A stretch of DNA of 24,000 nucleotides from Phycisphaerae bacterium (GCA_019636475.1 JAHBXN010000007.1:231564-255563), one strand, 5' to 3'. Positions 9,382 to 18,487 are shown, numbered from the stretch's first letter. Notes: a model not told the origin generated them from the sequence alone. Made by a program: numbers and translations.

Positions 9382-10831
9382 CCGCAATCTTCCAGACGTC
9401 GCCCGCGCCCATCGTCAAGACAATGTCACCCGGCTTCGCATGTGTCGTAAGATGATCAACGATTTGTTCATGCTTCGGAAGATACAGCGCATCACCGCCG
9501 TTCGCATGCACGCGCTCCACCAGATTCGCGCTGGATACCGCGTTTCGAAGGGCCTCCGAATCGCGCACGAAGTAGATGTCGGGCACGAGCAGATGATCCG
9601 CCAGACCGAAACTGCGGGCGAAGTCGTTCAGGAGAAACCGCGTTCGGGAGTGCTGATGCGGCTGAAAGACGACCCACAGGCGGCGGTCCGGATAGTGCTC
9701 CCGAACCGCACGCAGGGTCACCTGTATCTCCGTCGGATGATGGCCGTAATCGTCGAGGACCAGAATTCCGCCGACCTCGCCGCGCTTTGTCAGGCGGCGC
9801 TCGGCTCCGGCAAAGTGCGGCAACGCCGCCGCGATCGCGGATGCCGAGATGCCCGCATGATGCGCCAGTGCTGTCGCAACGAGGCCGTTGTATACCTGGT
9901 GCCGGCCCGGAAGTGACGACATTTCCGCCCGGATGAATGGCTTCCCGTGGTACAGCACATCAAAATGGTAGCAGCCATTAACATGGTCAATCCGCTCGGC
10001 GCGCCAGACGGATTCTTCAGTGACCCCGAACGTCTCGACGGTCGCCCGCGCAGAGCAAACCGCATTCACGACGGAGCGATCCTCGCCGTTCGCGATGATC
10101 GCTCCCTCCGGCGGAACCAATGAAGCAAACGCTCGAAACGCCTCGATGATGGCATCGAGGCCGTCATAACAATCGAGGTGATCTTCTTCGATGTTGGTGA
10201 TCGCCGCGAACTTCGGACTGAGATTCAGGAAGGATCGATCAAACTCGCACGCCTCCACGATGAACGCATCGCCATCGCCCACACCCGAACTGCCATCAAG
10301 CTGGCGGACATTCGCGCCGACGACAAACGTCGGATCCGCTTTTGCATGTCGCAGGATGAATGCGAGCATCGCCGTGGTCGTGCTCTTGCCGTGGGTGCCG
10401 CTTACGGCGATGCCCGTTCGAAGTTTCATGACCTGTCCAAGCATTTCTGCATACTTCAGACAGGTGATGCCGCGCCGCCTGGCTTCCAGCAGTTCCGGAT
10501 TGTCATCCTTCACGGCTGCGGAATAAACCACCAGATCACAGTCCGACTGGATATTCAGCGGAGCCTGCCCGATCATGATGGTCGCGCCCATTTCCTGCAG
10601 GCGTTCAGCGGCCTTGAATTCAACGAGGTCCGACCCGCTTACGATGGCGCCGCATCGAAGCAGCACGCCACCGAGGCTGCTCATGCCGCAGCCACCCACT
10701 CCGATGAGATGTATCCGTTTCGCGGCGAAAGGACTCGACCAGTGCTGCAAGTGCCGCTGTCGTGAACCGACGCCGGGGCGTGTTGAAATTGGAATGCGCG
10801 CCGTGTCGGGTGTTGCGATGATTCTCGTCAT
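9356..10831 (-). CDS. murC: UDP-N-acetylmuramate--L-alanine ligase
   Basis: N-terminal Rossmann-like IHLIGVGGCGMS, Mur ligase P-loop GTHGKSTTTAM, and DDYGHHPTEI. The ATG at 10831 has GGAGGTG 8 nt upstream. Confidence 0.93.
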   Translation of the reverse strand: MTRIIATPDTARIPISTRPGVGSRQRHLQHWSSPFAAKRIHLIGVGGCGMSSLGGVLLRCGAIVSGSDLVEFKAAERLQEMGATIMIGQAPLNIQSDCDLVVYSAAVKDDNPELLEARRRGITCLKYAEMLGQVMKLRTGIAVSGTHGKSTTTAMLAFILRHAKADPTFVVGANVRQLDGSSGVGDGDAFIVEACEFDRSFLNLSPKFAAITNIEEDHLDCYDGLDAIIEAFRAFASLVPPEGAIIANGEDRSVVNAVCSARATVETFGVTEESVWRAERIDHVNGCYHFDVLYHGKPFIRAEMSSLPGRHQVYNGLVATALAHHAGISASAIAAALPHFAGAERRLTKRGEVGGILVLDDYGHHPTEIQVTLRAVREHYPDRRLWVVFQPHQHSRTRFLLNDFARSFGLADHLLVPDIYFVRDSEALRNAVSSANLVERVHANGGDALYLPKHEQIVDHLTTHAKPGDIVLTMGAGDVWKIADELVQRLA

Positions 10832-10839
10832 GCGTGGCT

Positions 10840-10853
10840 CACCTCCGTGTGCA
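10840..10853 (-). promoter_or_regulatory. Leader/RBS motif TGCACACGGAGGTG, copy 1 (upstream of murC)
   Basis: Exact 14-mer on the - strand, ending 8 nt before the murC ATG. An identical copy lies at 22246-22259. Both are preceded by TTCGG within 1-4 nt. Confidence 0.35.
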
Positions 10854-11073
10854 GCCGAAATGCGCTCCCGATCAATCGCGCCGCGAGGTCACACCGTCGT
10901 CATCCATGACGGTAATCGACCCCGACAAGTTGGAAGAAGAAAGAGGTATTCGCGTCCTTAATTCGCCGCGCAATGTCGGGTCGCATCGTAACCAAATACG
11001 CCGCCGTTCCGCAAGCGGTTCTTGCGATCAAAGGGAATTCGGCACCTTTTCACAGCCGGAACTGACTGAGTCT

Positions 11074-11091
11074 CGCGCAGCAACCTGCGCG
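11074..11091 (-). other. GC-rich hairpin in the murG-murC spacer
   Basis: CGCGCAG (11074-11080) / CTGCGCG (11085-11091), a perfect 7-bp stem with a 4-nt loop and no U-tract on either strand. A second hairpin, CGCAAG/CTTGCG, lies at 11010-11026. Confidence 0.3.
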
Positions 11092-11159
11092 CAAGAGATC
11101 CCTGAGAAATATCGGGATGCCGATGTTGATTACTTGAGCGCGGCCCGCCGCGACACATG

Positions 11160-12287
11160 TTATTCCGGTACTTCCATTCCGGCGATCTCCAGCAGGCCCT
11201 GGGCAATGCGCGCTGCCGCATCGTGTCGCCCCATTGCCGCGGCGATCTCGCCCATTCGAGCTCGACGATGCTCCGATTTCATCAGATCGCCCAATTCCCT
11301 GCGAAGCAGTTTTGCATTCGCCGCAGGGTTATTCGAGTCGTCCACGATCACCGCGCCGGACGCAGACGCCAGAACCCGGGCGTTCGCGAGTTGATGCTTT
11401 TTCTTATCGAACGGATATGGCATGAGTACACTCGGCTTGCCAAGAGCGGTGATTTCCGCCAGCGTCGATGCGCCGGCGCGAGAGAGGATCAGATCTGAAG
11501 CCGCCATGCACAAATGCATGTGCTCGGTGAATGCCAGCGTCACTGCCGGATACTTCGCCGCGGCGTATTTCTCCCGGCACATCGTCAGATCCGCGGTACC
11601 GGTGAGATGCACGATCTGCCAATCCGGATGATCGCGCCACAAGTCGATCAGTTCGACGACCGACGCATTGATCGACCAGGCGCCCTGAGACGCGCCAGTT
11701 ATCAAAAGAGTCTTCTTCGCCGGGTCAAGCTTCAGGGCTTTGATGCCATTGTCCCGCGTCACGCTCGCGAACTCGGGCCTTACAGGACAACCAGTGCAAT
11801 AGACATGCGACATCCGACCCAGCGAGTCGATCGTCTCACGCCACTGCACAAAAACGCGACTAACTTTGGGCGCATAGCGACGATTCGCAACGCCCGGAAC
11901 CGCGTCCGGGTTGAAAATAGCTGTCGGGATCTTCAGCGAGATGGCAGCCGTGAGCGGTGGACCCGCCGCGTAGCCGCCGAGTCCAAGCACCACGGCCGGC
12001 GGCCGCTCTCGAAAATTCCGTTTCGCGATTTTGACCGAAGTGAACCACCCTTTGATGAAAGGCCAGACCTGCCCGATGCGTTTCGGGATGCCCTGAACCG
12101 ATTGTTCAATCAGGGGAATCTTGCGATGTTCGGTCAGTTTCCTATCGATTGGCCGGGTCGTGCCATAGACAACGAAGTCGAAATCGGGACGGAGTTGCCG
12201 CATCGCTTCGATGACAGCCAACCCGGGGTAGAGGTGTCCCCCCGTCCCCCCACCCGCCAGGACCATCAGAGGCCGATTATCACCCAT
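11160..12287 (-). CDS. murG: Undecaprenyldiphospho-muramoylpentapeptide beta-N-acetylglucosaminyltransferase
   Basis: GGGTGGHLYPGLAV near the N-terminus, plus GASQGA and SRAGASTLAEI. I chose the ATG at 12287, which gives the typical short N-terminus. The 18 codons between it and the alternative ATG at 12341 have visibly lower third-position GC. The ORF-track 446-aa form (12500) overlaps ftsW by ~150 nt and is unlikely. Confidence 0.9.
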   Translation of the reverse strand: MGDNRPLMVLAGGGTGGHLYPGLAVIEAMRQLRPDFDFVVYGTTRPIDRKLTEHRKIPLIEQSVQGIPKRIGQVWPFIKGWFTSVKIAKRNFRERPPAVVLGLGGYAAGPPLTAAISLKIPTAIFNPDAVPGVANRRYAPKVSRVFVQWRETIDSLGRMSHVYCTGCPVRPEFASVTRDNGIKALKLDPAKKTLLITGASQGAWSINASVVELIDLWRDHPDWQIVHLTGTADLTMCREKYAAAKYPAVTLAFTEHMHLCMAASDLILSRAGASTLAEITALGKPSVLMPYPFDKKKHQLANARVLASASGAVIVDDSNNPAANAKLLRRELGDLMKSEHRRARMGEIAAAMGRHDAAARIAQGLLEIAGMEVPE

Positions 12288-12351
12288 GAATTTCCCGATG
12301 CCGCCTGCGTTTGGATCACAATCTCCGGCCGATACATCCATTCGGACCGCG

Positions 12352-13623
12352 TCACGCGGGCACCATACTCGAATTGTGCGAACTTGGATTGCCTTGTTCA
12401 GACGAGGCGTCTTCGGCCCCAAGGCCGCCGCCGGTCGTTCCCTCACAGTAACCTGCCGTGGAGGGCACGGACTGATCCACCGGCTCACGATGTCGTGCAA
12501 CGTTTACCAGCATGCCGACGAGGATGCTGAAGAAAATGACCCCCGTTCCGCCCGCCGACACAAACGGCAACCCGATGCCCTTTGTCGGTACCGACACCGT
12601 GACGACCGCGATGTTCATCGCCGCCTGGAAGCCAATCGTGAGGGTCGCGCCCAGCGCGAGCAGTCTGCCGAACTCCGTCGGAGCGGATTCCATCGCCCGC
12701 TTACCCTGCCAGAGCAGGACTGCGAACAATGCGATAACCATGATGCCGCCGACGATGCCCAGTTCCTCGCAGATCACGGAGAAGATGAAATCGGTCCTGC
12801 CCTCCGGGAGATATCCGTATTTTTGGATGCCACCCCCAAGGCCCTTGCCCCACCATCCGCCCGACGCGATCGTCACGAGTGATTGAATCTGGTGATAGCC
12901 CGCTCCCTGTGGATCGGCCTCCGGATCCAGAAAAGACAGCACGCGCTGCATCCGATACGCCTTGGCGGTAATGAGGTATATCGCACCGGGCACGGCCGGC
13001 AGGAGCATCAACCCGAGATGCCACCACCTCGCTCCTGCCGCCAGAATGATGCCAAAGCCGACGACGGCGATCAGCGCGGCGGTCCCAAAATCCTCGATGC
13101 CCACCAATCCCGCGAACAGCCCTAATAGCAACACACTCGGAAGAAAGCCCGACCAGAACCGTTGAATCCGTTCACCCAGCCAGGCGCAATACGCTGCAAA
13201 GAAAACAACTACGGACACTTTCGCAATTTCGGAAGGCTGAAAGCCCAGTCCGAGCGCCGACGGGCCCAGCGGCAGCCATCGCTGCGCGCCCTTGCGCGTC
13301 TCGCCGACACCCGGTATCAAGACGAGCACCAGCAGGCCCGCTGACAACAGCAACAGCAAGATTGTCGGCTGCCACCACGCACCGGGGCGAATGCGCCAGG
13401 AGTGATAAGGACAAAGCCCGACCATGAGCAGCGCCACCAAAGCAACGACCGTGAACATCGCCTGCCGAACCGACGGGTTCTTCAGAACGTCCTGAATGAT
13501 TGGCGGGGAGGTGAGGCTCGCGCTTGCAGAGAACACCATAACGACGCCCAGCCCCATCAGCGCGGCCGCCGTGATCGTGATGGTGGTGCTGCTGGCGGAT
13601 GGGCGGCTTTCAAGCCGAAACAT
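12352..13623 (-). CDS. ftsW: SEDS-family peptidoglycan glycosyltransferase, FtsW by context
   Basis: A ~10-TM protein with SEDS motifs (RTDFIFSVICEELG, PFVSAGGTG). It lies between mraY and murG. The ATG at 13623 has GGAGG 6 nt upstream. Confidence 0.88.
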   Translation of the reverse strand: MFRLESRPSASSTTITITAAALMGLGVVMVFSASASLTSPPIIQDVLKNPSVRQAMFTVVALVALLMVGLCPYHSWRIRPGAWWQPTILLLLLSAGLLVLVLIPGVGETRKGAQRWLPLGPSALGLGFQPSEIAKVSVVVFFAAYCAWLGERIQRFWSGFLPSVLLLGLFAGLVGIEDFGTAALIAVVGFGIILAAGARWWHLGLMLLPAVPGAIYLITAKAYRMQRVLSFLDPEADPQGAGYHQIQSLVTIASGGWWGKGLGGGIQKYGYLPEGRTDFIFSVICEELGIVGGIMVIALFAVLLWQGKRAMESAPTEFGRLLALGATLTIGFQAAMNIAVVTVSVPTKGIGLPFVSAGGTGVIFFSILVGMLVNVARHREPVDQSVPSTAGYCEGTTGGGLGAEDASSEQGNPSSHNSSMVPA

Positions 13624-13944
13624 GATTCGCCTCCATGCAAATGAGCCGGCGGGATGTCCTCATGACATCATACACGGACAGGCCCATCACGACGCGACAT
13701 CCGCGGAAATGCCCCCTATGCACTGAGAAAACCGCCTCCGGGATTTCAGCCCGTTGTCGCGATGAATCCGGTGAACCGCCGGCTCCCCGTGCAAAAAGAC
13801 GGTTTGGGAAGGCGCAAACTGTGCAGATGAAATCGGCATAAATCGCGCGGATTCCAATGAATCGGCACTTTGGTAACGCAAACTTGAATCATCCGCCAGT
13901 CGCCCATTCGACGGAATCTCGCGATCCGGTGCCCGACGCCGAAT

Positions 13945-15105
13945 CTATCGCATTTTTGTGGTTGCCAGTGCGATCACCGCGAACAATGCGGCCATGATCC
14001 AGAACCGCACCACCACCTGCGTCTCCTTCCAGCCCTTCAGGTGAAAATGGTGATGAATCGGCGCCACGAGGAACAGGCGCTTCCCGGGCGAATTCGGTGT
14101 CTTTGTGAGCTTGAAGAAACCCACCTGAAGAATTACCGACAGCGCCTCCATCACGAAGACGCCGCCCACAATGAAAAGCAGCAACTCCTGGCGAATCACA
14201 ATGGCGACGAAACCGATCAGTCCGCCGAGCGGCAGAGACCCCGTGTCCCCCATGAAAACCTGGGCCGGCGCGGCATTGTACCAGAGGAAGCCCAGGCAGG
14301 CTCCGATCATCGCGCCGCACAGCACCGCCAGTTCTCCGGCTTCCGGAATATGCGAAAACTGGAGATAGCGTGCCACACGCTCGTCCCCAACCGCGTAGGA
14401 CAGGAGCATGAACACCAGACAGCACATAATCATGCAACCCGATGCCAGCCCATCCATGCCATCCGTCAGATTCACGGCATTGGAAGTGCCGGTGATGACC
14501 AGAATGGTCACAATCAGGAACAGCCACGCCGGGAGAACAATCGGCGAATCGAGGTTTGCCTTCATGAACGGAATCGTCAGGACGCGATAGGTATCGAGAC
14601 CCGATCCGTCAAAGTTCGCTTCGCCGCGTTGATAGATGAAATAACCCAGGATGACCCCAAGCCCCAATTGAAAGAGCAGCTTCTGATAGGACTTCAGACC
14701 GTCGCGGCCGCCCTCCTTGCCTTTTGACGTCAGTTTGACCCAGTCATCCCAGAATCCGAGCATGCCGAGCCAGAGAAGACACAGCCCCGCCATATGAATG
14801 TAAAACACCGTCAAATTGGCAAGCAACGAAACGGCGGAGACGATCGCGAAGAGGATCAGCACGCCGCCCATCGTCGGAACATTGGCCTTGTGCTGAGTGA
14901 GTTCGTTCAGTGCCTTGTGATCGAAATCGGGAACATCGCCGCATTTCTTCCTGATCAGCATGCGAACCACGGCCGGTCCGCACCACCAGGAAATCATGAA
15001 GGCGATGAGAATCGCGATCGTTCCGCGAAACAGCGGATTCTGATAACCGTAGTTTCCCGGATAGAAGTGATTTAGCAGGTGATAGAGCAAGCAGACGGTT
15101 CCCAA
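13945..15105 (-). CDS. mraY: Phospho-N-acetylmuramoyl-pentapeptide transferase
   Basis: Motifs: PTMGGVLIL, NAVNLTDGMDGLA, MGDTGSLPLGG and APIHHHF. The start is a TTG at 15105. An in-frame TGA lies 5 codons upstream, the first ATG is 37 codons in, and those N-terminal residues align with the N-termini of MraY proteins. Confidence 0.93.
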   Translation of the reverse strand: MGTVCLLYHLLNHFYPGNYGYQNPLFRGTIAILIAFMISWWCGPAVVRMLIRKKCGDVPDFDHKALNELTQHKANVPTMGGVLILFAIVSAVSLLANLTVFYIHMAGLCLLWLGMLGFWDDWVKLTSKGKEGGRDGLKSYQKLLFQLGLGVILGYFIYQRGEANFDGSGLDTYRVLTIPFMKANLDSPIVLPAWLFLIVTILVITGTSNAVNLTDGMDGLASGCMIMCCLVFMLLSYAVGDERVARYLQFSHIPEAGELAVLCGAMIGACLGFLWYNAAPAQVFMGDTGSLPLGGLIGFVAIVIRQELLLFIVGGVFVMEALSVILQVGFFKLTKTPNSPGKRLFLVAPIHHHFHLKGWKETQVVVRFWIMAALFAVIALATTKMR

Positions 15106-15175
15106 TACGACGATCGATCAGCGAATCCGGAGGCTGCGACCGCGCGACCCAAGTCACGTCGTCAGTGTCCCCCGA

Positions 15176-16579
15176 TTACGAAAGAGTCGCCGCTCGACCG
15201 CATTTCTCAATGACCGGCACCAATCGCTCCAATCGGGTCCCGCGCGATGCCTTCAGCAGCACGTTGTCGCCCGGTTCGAGCAGGTCCGGCAATTTGTCCA
15301 TCAAAGATTCAATCGTCGGAAAAGGGTAGATACGTTTACTCGTTCCTGCCGCTGAGGTGGCGCCATCAGCCATCACCCGCGCCATGTTTCCGACGGTCAC
15401 AATCACATTGGCGGAAGACGTTCCGGCCTCACGACCGACTTTCTGATGACATCGCGTGCTCTGCTCCCCGAGTTCACGCATATCGCCCAGAACCAGGACG
15501 CGACGCCCTGGCCGCGCGATGGCGTCCAAGGCCTCGATGGCCGCCTTCATACTGCTCGGATTGGCGTTGTAGGCGTCGTTAATCAGGTATAGGGAGCCTT
15601 GTTGCACGCCCTGCATGCGCATTTTCGGAGCCACGAATCCATTAAGCGCCGCGGCGATGTCTGCCTGTTCCACCCGAAATCGCTGGCCGATTGCGATGGC
15701 CGCCATCGAATTCAACACGTTGTGACGCCCGATCAACGGAACGTGGTACTCGAAGCGCCCGTTCACGAGAAAATCCTGACCGTGCATGCCCTGGCTTATG
15801 TCGGTTGCCCGAAGATCGCATGTCTCCGATGTGCCGTAAACGATCATCGTGCGATTAGGATCTCTCGCGCGGCCGCTCGGTGCAAATTCCGCTGCCTGGT
15901 CGCTCATCGCCACGAACGGCCGACCCTGCATGAACGGAAGGAATGAAAACTCCTCCGCCGCGACGCCCTCCAGGTCGCCGAAGCCTTCGAGATGCTCCTC
16001 CCCGATGCTGGTCACAATCGCCATGTCCGGCGCGGCGATTCGCGCCAGCGACGCAATTTCTCCCGGATGATTGGTTCCGATTTCGACTACAAGATACTCA
16101 TCCGACGGCTCGGCGGAGAGCAGCGTGATCGGCACGCCAATGTGGTTATTGAAGCTCGCGGCAGCCGCTTTGCCCCGCTTCCGGGAAGACAACACCGCGT
16201 GGATCATGTCTTTCGTGGTCGTTTTGCCATTGCTGCCGAAAACCGCGACGACCTGCGCCGGAATCTGCCGCCGATACCACGACGCCAGTCGCCCCAGCGC
16301 GATCGTCGTATCGTCAACCTCAATCAGGCGACCGGTCGTTCGGAGCGGTTCCGGGTATCGTCGCGCATCCGACACGACGGCCGCGGTTGCCCCCTTCCTG
16401 AGCACCTCCTCGACGAAGTCGTGGCCGTCGAAATGATCCCCTTTGATCGCAAAAAAAAGCGATTCCGGCTGGAGCGATCGTGAATCCGTCGTCACGCTCG
16501 TCACACGCGGAAACTTGATTTCGCCGTAAACCCGGCCGCCGATGGCCTTGCACATTTCCTGAAGTGTAAGAGGTTTCAT
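15176..16579 (-). CDS. murF: UDP-N-acetylmuramoyl-tripeptide--D-alanyl-D-alanine ligase
   Basis: Mur ligase P-loop VFGSNGKTTTKDM, plus EIGTNHPGEI and NDAYNANPSSM. ATG at 16579. Confidence 0.93.
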   Translation of the reverse strand: MKPLTLQEMCKAIGGRVYGEIKFPRVTSVTTDSRSLQPESLFFAIKGDHFDGHDFVEEVLRKGATAAVVSDARRYPEPLRTTGRLIEVDDTTIALGRLASWYRRQIPAQVVAVFGSNGKTTTKDMIHAVLSSRKRGKAAAASFNNHIGVPITLLSAEPSDEYLVVEIGTNHPGEIASLARIAAPDMAIVTSIGEEHLEGFGDLEGVAAEEFSFLPFMQGRPFVAMSDQAAEFAPSGRARDPNRTMIVYGTSETCDLRATDISQGMHGQDFLVNGRFEYHVPLIGRHNVLNSMAAIAIGQRFRVEQADIAAALNGFVAPKMRMQGVQQGSLYLINDAYNANPSSMKAAIEALDAIARPGRRVLVLGDMRELGEQSTRCHQKVGREAGTSSANVIVTVGNMARVMADGATSAAGTSKRIYPFPTIESLMDKLPDLLEPGDNVLLKASRGTRLERLVPVIEKCGRAATLS

Positions 16580-16690
16580 GCCCGTCCGTGTTGCGCTGAA
16601 AGGTTAATCAATCCGTACAATCATTGGCCATCAAGCCGCCACGCGAAATTCAGCGGCCATCTCAGACTTCCGCGCCGCAACCTACCCTTT

Positions 16691-18232
16691 TCAAGCCTGG
16701 CCCATTGAGACCCGTTCGATCGCAGCGGCCGCGACTTCCGCGTCGTCGAAGTGAATCTTCTCCGTACCGATGATCTGGTAGTCCTCGTGCCCCTTGCCGG
16801 CGATCAACAGCACATCCCCCTGGCGAAGACGCCTCACCGCCAGATCGATGGCCGTCGCACGGTCCGGCTCCGTCACGCCACGAATTCGGGCCTCTGCCGT
16901 CAGGCCGCTCTCGATGTCCGCGATAATCGCCAGCGGATCCTCCGTGCGGGGATTATCGCTGGTGATTATGAACGCGTCACTGAATTCAGCGACCGCCTGC
17001 GCCATCCGCGGCCGTTTTGTTCGATCGCGATCGCCCCCGCAGCCGAAGACGCAGCACAATCGCCCCTTTGTCAATGGCCGCAGCGCGACCAGGACATTCC
17101 GAAGCGCGTCATCGGTGTGCGCATAATCCACGTATACGTCAAAACCCAGCGTTCCGGTTTCCACACGCTGCAACCGCCCCGGCACCCGTTCCAGCGATGC
17201 CAGACCGCGCAGCACCACCGGCATATCCAAACCAAGCGACCGCGATGCTCCCACGGCCGCGAGCGCATTGTAAACATTATGGCGGCCGGCCAGAGCGATC
17301 GTCGCATCGGCTCGCTGCCCCTCGTGAAAGATGCGAAACCGACAGCCGTCGCGCGATGCCACCACACTCTCGGCGCGCAGGTCGCCGGAGTCGATGCCGT
17401 ATCGGATGATCCGGCTGCGACAGTGTTCCAGCATGAACTCACCGGCCGCGTCATCCGTATTCACCACGGCCGCCGCGTCTGCGGCCAGCGATCGGAACAG
17501 CCGCTGTTTGGCTTCCGCATACGCCGCCATCGTCCCGTGGTAGTCAAGGTGATCCTGAGTCAGGTTTGTAAACACGCCGGTTGCAAAGCGAATTCCTGCG
17601 GTACGGCGCTGATCCAGACTGTGCGATGAGACCTCCATCACTGCATGCCGTGCGCCGGCCCGGTGCGCCTCGACCAGATGCCGCACCAGTTCGATCGGAT
17701 CCGGCGTCGTCAACGCCGCGCCGATCCTTCGCGAAACAAGGTCATATTCGATGGTTCCGAATAACGCCGCCGGCCGACCCGCCGCCTTCAGTATCGCCCG
17801 CAACATGTACGCGATGGTGCTCTTGCCGTTCGTGCCGGTCACGCCGACCACGCTCATTTCATTTCGTGATTGAATCTCATCCAGACCGAAGAAATGCGAT
17901 GCCAGCCGGGAAACTGCCTCCCGCGCGCAAGGCACTCGAACCACATGCGCTCCGTGCGGCGCGCCGAGTTCGCGATCGACGACAACCGCCACCGCTCCTC
18001 GCGCTGTCGCATCCGCGATGTATGCGGCGCCATCGCCTTTGCTTCCCGGGATGGCGACGAACAGCGAGCCAGGCCGTGCCAGGCGTGAGTCACTGCATAT
18101 GTCTGTAATGCGAATCTCAGAAAGATGCAGATCGTCGACGTGCATGCCTAAACCGCGCCGCAGTAATTCCGCGAGCGACTGAGTCGGATGAGGCAGTGCG
18201 TCAACGGCGGCCGGCGATGATGTGGTGGTCAT
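16691..18232 (-). CDS. murE: UDP-N-acetylmuramoyl-L-alanyl-D-glutamate--2,6-diaminopimelate ligase
   Basis: P-loop VTGTNGKSTIAYM. The DNPR motif (SDNPRTEDP) is typical of meso-DAP-adding MurE. Also GKGHEDYQI. The ATG at 18232 has no SD. Confidence 0.93.
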   Translation of the reverse strand: MTTTSSPAAVDALPHPTQSLAELLRRGLGMHVDDLHLSEIRITDICSDSRLARPGSLFVAIPGSKGDGAAYIADATARGAVAVVVDRELGAPHGAHVVRVPCAREAVSRLASHFFGLDEIQSRNEMSVVGVTGTNGKSTIAYMLRAILKAAGRPAALFGTIEYDLVSRRIGAALTTPDPIELVRHLVEAHRAGARHAVMEVSSHSLDQRRTAGIRFATGVFTNLTQDHLDYHGTMAAYAEAKQRLFRSLAADAAAVVNTDDAAGEFMLEHCRSRIIRYGIDSGDLRAESVVASRDGCRFRIFHEGQRADATIALAGRHNVYNALAAVGASRSLGLDMPVVLRGLASLERVPGRLQRVETGTLGFDVYVDYAHTDDALRNVLVALRPLTKGRLCCVFGCGGDRDRTKRPRMAQAVAEFSDAFIITSDNPRTEDPLAIIADIESGLTAEARIRGVTEPDRATAIDLAVRRLRQGDVLLIAGKGHEDYQIIGTEKIHFDDAEVAAAAIERVSMGQA

Positions 18233-18487
18233 GTTCAGGATTCTACATCGCGTCTCAGGAAGGGGAACGACATTCGACTGAACAAATTGACGACGCGGTC
18301 CCCCTCGCGGATCGGATTGGATACCGATTTAAGATCTCTACATACGCACAGCTGCGGAACATCGACGACATCGCGTGGCCTGCCCGCGCACGAACCCATC
18401 GCGTGCCCGCAACCTGTTCCTCATTTCACAGGCTCTGCTATCAGTTTCCGGGCGAATCAGATCGTACCCCGAACGCAACGACGTGCA

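Noticed and set aside
10834-11394. 186-aa + strand ORF covering the murG-murC spacer.
   Set aside because: It runs antisense into murG, has no SD, and has a low-complexity Arg/Ser/Ala-rich translation. It is more likely a GC-driven open frame.
11160-12500. Extended 446-aa MurG starting at 12500.
   Set aside because: It overlaps the ftsW 3' end by ~150 nt, and the extension has no MurG similarity. The GGTGGH motif should lie near the N-terminus. The ATG at 12341 remains a minor alternative.
11514-12530. 338-aa + strand ORF antisense to murG/ftsW, plus similar + strand ORFs at 14041-14727, 16751-17629, 19190-19711 and 23083-23769.
   Set aside because: Each lies antisense to a gene carrying clear family motifs. 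The translations are Arg/Pro/His-rich and low in complexity, with no SD or independent support.
13624-13944. Looked for a murD pseudogene relic or a small protein (the 64-aa - strand ORF at 13687-13881).
   Set aside because: No Mur-ligase P-loop or other MurD-like stretch appears in any frame I read. The 64-aa ORF has no RBS and an unremarkable, Arg/Ser-rich sequence. The region is kept as a finding for the missing gene, but not called as a gene or pseudogene.
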